Positions 55,350 through 64,000 of a stretch of DNA of 64,000 nt are shown piece after piece. The first letter of the stretch is position 1, and each line of letters starts with the position of its first letter. The stretch comes from Eledone cirrhosa (lineage: Eukaryota), in the NCBI GenBank assembly GCA_964016885.1, contig OZ024743.1, positions 347,944,001 to 348,008,000 of the forward strand, in the 5' to 3' direction. The notes under the pieces were generated by a model. The model had not been told where the DNA came from. It saw only the letters and a list, made by a program, of their open reading frames with translations, and searched no databases. The translations under genes were made by a program, and so were the position numbers.

Positions 55350-56550
55350 TTTTTGAAATGTTATTGATGTTTTCTGGAACCTGTCTGTACAAATAATCTG
55401 CCAAAACATTTACGGAAATAGATCTGTTAAATCCAATTGACCCAATTACACATGGGATAATAGACATATTACTTAACTGATATATTGTTATTTTAATACA
55501 ATACCTAGGTCACTGTAAGTCTTTAGTTTGTTTAGCTCACATCTGAGTAACAGTACTTTCATTCGGTATTGCTATGTCAATAATTAATACAGTGTTGAGA
55601 TTCTGTCATGTAAAATTAGGTCAGAACTATTATGTGCTATGTGGTGTTTTGTCCGTTTAATAAAGTTCTACAAGTGTATGATCAAAAAGATTCCCAGAAA
55701 ATATTACCGATGGGGCAGCATATAAGTAGTAAAGAATGCAGATAGCACTGATAAGTTGTTACGTCCTTAAGAATCTCTTGAGAGAATGTGGTTTATTATT
55801 TCAGGAAATACTTTGCATGTGTGATATTTGTTATTTATATTGTAGAAAATGGGGGTATTTCTTACAAAATATGTAGTGTATCGAACTTCTTCTTTCCTGA
55901 ATGCTCTTACATTCAAGCTGGAAGTATTCATCCAGGTAAGAGTTAGTTTCTTTGTGTTATGATTTATAAGTGGAAAGTCAATTTGCAGTATCATTGATTA
56001 TACAAGTACATGGCTATTGCTCTATATCCTCAGGAAAATCTTCATTAAAACACATAAACACGAGTATTCCATCTAAGACCATGCCGTCAATATATGTGTA
56101 CGTAGTTCTGCATGATCGAATAGTACTCATATAATGGATTCATGGTGATTCTGCTGTTAATTCTTGGTGATCTAGCAACGGCACAGAAAGCTATCTCATT
56201 TTTCAACAAGTTTGACTTATGTGATATCACTATGCTCATTACTGCTGTTGCCTTAATTTTAGATTTTTGTGGCTCAAAATATATTCAAATATCTCAGGGG
56301 AATTTTGACATTTCAACAAAAATACAAACTAGACTATTTTTTGTGAGCAGAAAAGCGTGTGTGACACCAACCTGGTTTCTGAACCTGTTTCATTTTTTCC
56401 AAACGTCACACATTACCTTCGCTTCTTGGGGGGCATAGTCCATGGGTGATTGACTGAGTATAGGTTAATGTTTCTTTAACTTGGTTTCTCGTATTACAGT
56501 TCTTAGAATACAGATTTAATGCCTCAATACAATATTACAAAATCCTATTA
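55350..56550 (-). mobile_element. Old LINE RT remnant
   Basis: Reverse complement gives GFRNQVGVTHAFLL, like the RT motif QxGFR..STxDHIF; highly degraded. Confidence 0.35.
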
Positions 56551-56576
56551 TGGTCGTCATTTATCAATTTATGACA

Positions 56577-56577
56577 G

Positions 56578-56661
<84 letters not shown>

Positions 56662-56715
56662 TTAATAATAATAATAATGTTTTCTTTATTAACCACAAGG
56701 GTTTACATAAAGTAG

Positions 56716-56766
<51 letters not shown>
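56577..56766. repeat. (ACT)n(AAT)n compound microsatellite
   Basis: Direct inspection. Confidence 0.95.
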
Positions 56767-56789
56767 TACCACCACCACCACCATCACAA

Positions 56790-59700
56790 CTATCACGACC
56801 ACTACCATCCCCACATATCAATCGAGTAAGTTTGTTTTATTTTCAGTGTTATTCAACATATTGTATTGAACACTTGTTACTGTTTTGTAGGTAAATTAAC
56901 CAGTATCTTCCAGAGTTGGTTACTTTATCTCTAACGGAAGCCCTTGCGAGATAAACAGGAGTTTGTTTATCAAGATGATTCCTCAATATTGTTTAGAAAA
57001 ATAAATGTCGGTTGAGAAGTGTTAAAAAGCCCACATCAGAATTGAACGGTAAAATTGTAAAATCAGTGACAACAGTATCAAAAGCAGCAGCATACAACAG
57101 CAACAACACAATACGAGAACATTCTAAAAGAAATATCCCACTGCTTAAAATGTTAACACCGCCACCACAATCGCAAGAAGAAGACTAGAATATAGTAAAA
57201 ACAAAAAGCAACAACTTCACCATAATGAACGCTGCCTCCTGCACCAGCAACAACAGCAGCACCAATACCAACAACAGCAGCACCACCACTACCACCACTG
57301 AAACAACAAATATAACAGAAGCAAACAACAAAATAGCAGTAACTCAGACAACAACAACACAAATTGCAACAACAACAAAACCACGAATAACAATAATAAT
57401 GATTTCTAGTATAGGCACAAGGCAAGTAATTATGGGGGAGGGGAAAGTCGATTAAATCGACCCCAGTACGTTACTGGTGCTTTATCTTAACGACCCCGTA
57501 AGGATGAAAGGCCAAGTTAACCTCGGTGGGATTTGAACACAGATCTTGAAGGGGTGTAACTCTATGCTGCAAAGCATGGTTTCCGACGCTCTACCGATAC
57601 TGCCAATCCACCGAATAACAATAATAATAGCAAGAACAACAACAAAACCTTTGCAAGAACGGTTGTTAAAGTCACCCAAATGCTCAATTTGAACATTTTG
57701 AACAAGGACACCAGGGTACCAGTTTGGTAAAAGACACCAAACATGTGAAATTGGGCCAAATTAGGGCCGATATAGCCGTCCCATCTGACATCTTGGGAGC
57801 AACTGCAAAAAAGACTTTAACCTATTAATGGTGGTACACACCAGATGGCCAGAGAAAGTTCCTCCTCGTTAAATTGAAAGGGCGCTGAAAACTATATTGC
57901 CGGACATCATGCACATTGCTAGAATCAGGTAATATTGTACTATTGGAAGAAGAACCATAAGGACACAATAGCAGGAATCCCAACCGAGCTGGATATCTGC
58001 TGGAGCCTGGTCTGCGATTTACTCAAATGAAACGACACCCTCATAAATGTGAAGAAGATAAAGAGATAAAACTGGTTTGGGTTCAATGTGGAGGTACTCG
58101 TCCATATTAAACCAGAAAAGATAAAGTAGAACCAAATACATTATTCGCTTGAAGGTTGGAATAAATATCCAGAGCATTATTGAATGGAAGAGGCCTCATT
58201 GCCAATCTTATGAGCATACTGATCATATGAGATGTTTCCACGCTCAACATAAGGTATGGAATAACAGGCCCCATCTAATGCCAACACCAAGGCCTTAACA
58301 GCCACAGCAACAACAACTTCCATCAATGAACAACAGCAGCTTCTGCGGCACCAACAACACCAGCGGCAGCGACAACGGAAACCCCACCCCCAACACCAAC
58401 AATAGACTCCAACCCCAACCTCCCCTAAGGCATCTATTGAGAAGCTCTACCTCACATTCCCCTTCACTCTTCCTCTCTCCGCCTGTTCTGAACATACAAA
58501 TATACACAAAGCCACATACATACATGCTGGGCAACGCCATTATCAGACATATGCACATCCGGTTCTCCCAGGTAAGTAGAATAGAAAACAAAACAAACCA
58601 AGAAAACACAACACACACCAAGTCATACAACACTCCTTGCCAGACACCAACACCAACTCCAGAAAGCACAAATTCTACAACCAAACACAAACACATCTTA
58701 AATAACACCATCTCCATCACCACAACCACCATCGACACCAACATCAACACTAACACCACCACAACCAAAAGAAAACACACGAACGTACAAAATCAATAGT
58801 AAACATCACTACATTCAGAAACCTATATGCTAATAAGAGGGGCCAACGAAGAATTGATGGCCCCCATAGCACAAAATAAAGTTGAATCATGGCGTTCAAC
58901 ATCTTCGTCGGACACTGGATGGTTGGACTGAGGAAGTCACTCGAGGTGTAGTTTGGTCCACATCTGCAGGTGGAAAAGAACTGGGACGAGTTAACGAACG
59001 ATGTGGTCACTTCCACCCTGAAATGTGACGAGAGAAAACTATACCTGATAAGTTAGCTGGAGGTGGTCAATGCGTACGATGTGTCCATCAGTAATTTCTG
59101 CCTGACCATAGTGCATTGCTCCCGTTCATGCCGTGCTACTTTGGAGCACCTGCAATTCAACGGCTTGTGAAGAGGAGAGGTTCCATTGGAGAGGCTTCCA
59201 TCTGCTGACAGCACACTGTACATGGAGGTCTGTGCATGATGTTGATGATGATGCGTTAACATTTGCTGAGCCTAAAACCTTTCAAGGTAATCCTAAATGG
59301 AATTCCCTTGAGTCCTCCGTTTTCGAGACAAGTCTTTCCGCAGCTAGTCTCTTTCACTGATCTGCAGTCTTGTATCAATTGAGGACCGAGCCTGAGCACC
59401 TGGCATTTGCAATGTTGCCAGGTGTTCACTTCCTCCTACAATTCAGACTATACAGTTCGTGGAAATTCCACCATAGGACTAGTTTTGGGGGCAAGTACGA
59501 CGACATTCACGGTGAGGCTCTGCCGGTGAACGAAATCGAACTGACCATCCTTGTTCAGGAATACTTTCGATCCGGAGTTTATAGACAATCCCCCAAAATC
59601 CCTGGCTTGCGGGTGCTATAGAGGGAGAGTGCCGTTTCAAGATAATCTCTAAAGACACCAAGCCCTAGTAAAATTGTTCTCTCCGAGATGCGCACAGAGC

Positions 59701-60260
59701 AACGAAAACGTGCTGCACACTCTCGGTCAAAGTCTATCGACCGTGTCTATCGGGAAATTCGCCCCGTCACCTTTTTGGCCCGGGAAAGGCAGCTAGATTT
59801 GCTCTGTCTAGTGGCTGTAGCAAAAGAGGTTGTGTGGTGCACACTGAAAGGATTGAGGACAGAATCTTCTCTTCGGCCAAGCCCTTACCAATTTGTATAA
59901 TTTCCACTTGGAAAGAAAGGTGTAATTTGAGATGGAAATGCTGCTCCTCAATTCATTTGTAAAGAAGTAGATGAATGCATGGAGGATGGGCCTACTCTGA
60001 CCTTACATCTGTAGACTGTATCGTTTGAAAGGAAAGGGGAACCATTCTAGGGTGATCTTTTAGAGTAGGGTGGTTTAGGATTGCTGGAGTTCCTACGCCG
60101 AACCAGGGTGCTATTGCCCCCTATTGGAGAATCTCATTGTTGCGATTGTATTGTTTTTGTTAACTGTTATTTCTTTTTAATCGCTTTTTTATAAACCTAT
60201 TCTGTCCCTATTTTTTGTTTTGTCCCCTATATGTCGGCAATAGAAAACATTATTATTTGT
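56790..60260 (+). mobile_element. Decayed, internally deleted L1/Tx1-like LINE (copy B)
   Basis: 5' block homologous to the reverse complement of 40350-40480; ORF1-like EWKRPHCQSYEHTDH; block 58820-58875 matches the reverse complement of 38650-38705; PRCAQSNENVLH and CLVAVAKEVVW; shared 3' UTR; ATT tail. Confidence 0.7.
57395..57613 (-). mobile_element. SINE family A, full length
   Basis: Reverse complement of the family consensus, ending gatactgccaatccacc. Confidence 0.88.
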
Positions 60261-60519
60261 ATTATTATTATCATTATTGCTTTTGTTTTTGTTGCTGTTG
60301 TTGTTGTTGCTGTAATTGTTAAATCGCGGAATTGTCACAGTCGTTATAGCGTCGAACGTGATGGGTTGTGGTATTTCTTCCGGCTCTTTGCTCTGATTTC
60401 ATTTCTCATGGTGGCCTAAATGGGTGGTTGACATGTATTCCTGACAAGGATACTAATTTTGATATTCAGTTAAGTGTTTAAAATGTTTTTAATTCTGACA
60501 TGTTTATTTGTCATTTCTA

Positions 60520-60745
60520 TTCGTTTAACACATACACACACACAGTTTTCTTCTCATATATCTTGAAGTATGTGTGAGAAATATAATTGTCTACATCCTG
60601 GTATTCCTGTCGTTTCAAATCATTTGTTGTACTTACCATTCTGGTTTCTTGTATTGGAATAATATATTTCTCTAGTCCCAATAAGGTTAAATTTCTTACT
60701 AAATCCATTGACAGTAGTGAGTAAATCTTCAGATTGGTGGCCTAT
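60520..60745 (-). pseudogene. LINE APE-endonuclease N-terminal remnant
   Basis: LKIYS..VNG..IIPIQET, like the APE motif SxNVNG..DIIxLQET. Confidence 0.45.
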
Positions 60746-61782
60746 TAGTAGCATACAAATTTAGATACATTTTGAAGAGATAGAGGATGATCCTCGTGTT
60801 TCCACTCATTATGCAGTAGCTGAATTTTCTTTGTTCTTTTTTTTTTTAATTTTGCAGTTCAATATTCTTGTTATTATCATCTCAAGTTTTTATATAGCCG
60901 ATTTTGTATACATAAATATTATATCATATACTAGCCTTATTTTGACTGGGAAGAGCAGGAACTATTATCCTTTTATTGAAACTGTACTATAAATATAAAA
61001 ATAAGGGATTGACATGAGAGAGGGTGAGCACCTTCTTCTAATGCCCTGCTCTGATCAGTTCCTTTAAGTTTTACCATGAGAAAAAGGTGAGAGTAAAAAT
61101 GTATATGGTAAATGATGTAATTTGTGTTAGAGTAGTATGTATATCTTAGATTAATTGAAGTACATTTTGCATACTGCGTGTGAATGAGTAGGCACTTGCT
61201 CCAAGTATTTTCGGTGGTGTTGTGCCACTTGCTTTCATTTCTTAACCTTTGGTGACTGTCCAAATATTGGGACGATTTATTTCGATATCTATACGTTTTG
61301 CATTTTTGTGTTGTCAATATTATCAGTAGTATTATAAACTAAATAAATCATATCCTCTATTATTTTTTATTATCAATATTATCATTGTTACTATTATCAT
61401 TTTTCCTATTTTTTCTTATTGTTGTCATCATTATTAGTCTTGTCATTATTACATCTCTAACGTCATTATTGTATTTATGGCTGGTGGTTGGTATATTTTT
61501 GTTTAAAAGAGAAAGAAACAAAAAATTTGATTATTTGCCAGGTGATATATCTTTAAAATTAATACATACATGGAGACACAGACACCTATATACACATACA
61601 TACATATACACACATACATACTTTTATATATATATATATAAATTAATACACACACACATATATACCTATGTCATCTGCACACTGTTTGTCTTTCCATAAC
61701 AACAATAAACAATACATTATACACACACACACACACGCCTCCTTATAAAGCCAGACATACATTTACACGCTACACAATAATA

Positions 61783-61919
<137 letters not shown>

Positions 61920-61924
61920 CAGAG

Positions 61925-62925
61925 TTATGTTTTAAAAAATTAATCGCTGACAATTGTTTCTTCCAAACTTAAGCTTGCTGTCCTCTGAGCATTGTTAATG
62001 TTTGTACATATAATTAACCTCCTATTCAACTGAAGAATCATACAGATACATATATATTGATGTTGTGGACAACAGCTTCATGTTTACTGGGTGGAATGAA
62101 TGCGACATATTTTATACGAGAATTGTACAATAATTCAAATTAAGATTAAAATTAAAAGCAAAGGGTGGAATACATGCGACAGATACTACAAGAGAATAGT
62201 ATAATAATTAGCTTAAAGAGATAGTACATGCGTTAGTCATATATAAAGGAATGGGACAAGCACATATATCATGCATATATGAGTACTGTATGGCAAGGTA
62301 TTACATGAAATACAAGAACTATAAGCGGATATGTTAGTGTATTATGGTGGGTGCAACGCGATGATATTTTCTGTATAGTTCAAATGTGTATGTCTGTAGA
62401 ATATGAAAGTTACAGATTTTACTCGATTACATATGTTAAGATATATCTGTATTGAATGTTTGTTATAGTAATGGATTGTAACTTGGTGTTATTTTATCCA
62501 TATTTATGGATTAGAGTTGTTCTACTGTGAGAATTTTCAACGGTTTAATATACGGAACTGGATATGGAATTAAGTAGAACAACTCTAATCCATAAATATA
62601 GATAAAATAACACCAAGTTACAATCCATTACTATAACAAACATTCAATACATTGATTTTAATTTTAATTTTTATTTTTAATTTTTATTTTTTATTTTTAT
62701 TTTAATCTTAATTTGAATTATTGTACAATTCTCATATAATATATGTCGCATCCATTCCACCCTGTAAACATGAAGCTGTTGTCCACAACATCAATATATA
62801 TGTATCTGTATGATTCTTCAGTTGAATAGGAGGTTAATTATATGTACAAACATTAATAATGCTCCGAGGACACCAAGCTTAAGTTTGGAAGAAACAATTG
62901 TCAGCGATTATATGTTTTAAACACA
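61925..62925. mobile_element. Nested inverted repeat derived from a Penelope-like 3' end with hammerhead motifs
   Basis: Outer arms about 61940-62157 / 62695-62912; inner arms 62448-62526 / 62573-62651; gct-CCGAGGA-caccaagcttaagtttggaa-GAAAC-aatt-GTC-agc at 62861-62905. Confidence 0.8.
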
Positions 62926-63002
62926 CCTTTGACACTTGTGTAATCTATATATGCATATTTATATATTTATATATATATATATATATATGGGGCGTATGGG
63001 TG

Positions 63003-63085
<83 letters not shown>

Positions 63086-63496
63086 ACTGAATTTATGTAT
63101 ATATTTATTATATACACACATATATGCATATATCTGTATACTTGTATTCGAAGCGATATCATTTATGTACATACATATCTGTGTCGGTATATGTATTTAT
63201 TTGAAGCAGAATCTGTGTTTATGTGTGTGTGTCTGTGTGTGTGTATGTGTGTGAGTCTGTGTATATGTGTGTGTGTGTGTATTTATAGCGTTGTGATTTA
63301 TATGAATCAGTAAAACACAGCAAAGAAACGAAACAAATTAATAAGAATAAAGATAAAAGAAAACAAACCCTGTAAAAATGTTTTGTTAAAGAACTGATAT
63401 AAAATTTGATTTGGTAGAAATTGTAAACAAAGAAGCTTAACTCATCAGCCACCAAACCTCCTCATCCGCTACCGAATAAATAAATAAATAAAAAAC

Positions 63497-63558
<62 letters not shown>

Positions 63559-63563
63559 TGTAT

Positions 63564-63596
<33 letters not shown>

Positions 63597-63671
63597 CATA
63601 TTGAGATATATAAAAATGTATGCATTTGAATATATGTATTCATATGTATCTCAACGTTTATTTCATATACT

Positions 63672-63724
<53 letters not shown>

Positions 63725-63727
63725 TTG

Positions 63728-63763
<36 letters not shown>

Positions 63764-64000
63764 TCTATATATGATATAATATAATATAATATAATATATA
63801 TATGAATATCTATCTATCTATCTATCTATCTATATATATATATATATATACGTCTATTCTATATACATGTATATATATATATATATATATTATATTATAT
63901 TATATATATATGTGTGTGTGTGTGTTTACATACATATATACACACACACAAACATACACACACATATATATATATAATTAAATTTTTTAAAGAATCGTAT

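Overview
AT-rich, microsatellite-saturated eukaryotic (animal) DNA with no recognisable host gene. The repeat landscape suggests an octopus/coleoid cephalopod, which is inference only. Almost all interpretable sequence is transposon-derived. (1) Three R4/Dong-clade non-LTR retrotransposons (RT + CCHC + restriction-like endonuclease): two head-to-tail copies in (TAA)n tracts at about 9.3-19.1 kb, one nearly intact, plus an old remnant at about 25-26.7 kb. (2) L1/Tx1-like, RTE/Rex3-like and other decayed LINE fragments. (3) Many tRNA-type SINE copies. (4) A non-autonomous Helitron. (5) A tRNA-Gln pseudogene. (6) A decayed Penelope-like element (YVDD RT + GIY-YIG). Two signals stand out. First, about ten long inverted-repeat (fold-back) inserts sit next to (TA)n tracts, and many carry minimal Penelope-type hammerhead ribozyme motifs. 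Second, both R4 copies have a conserved GT-AG intron-like structure in the 5' UTR, and a related 5' motif recurs in Tx1-like elements. Boundaries of decayed elements are approximate and all alignments were done by eye.
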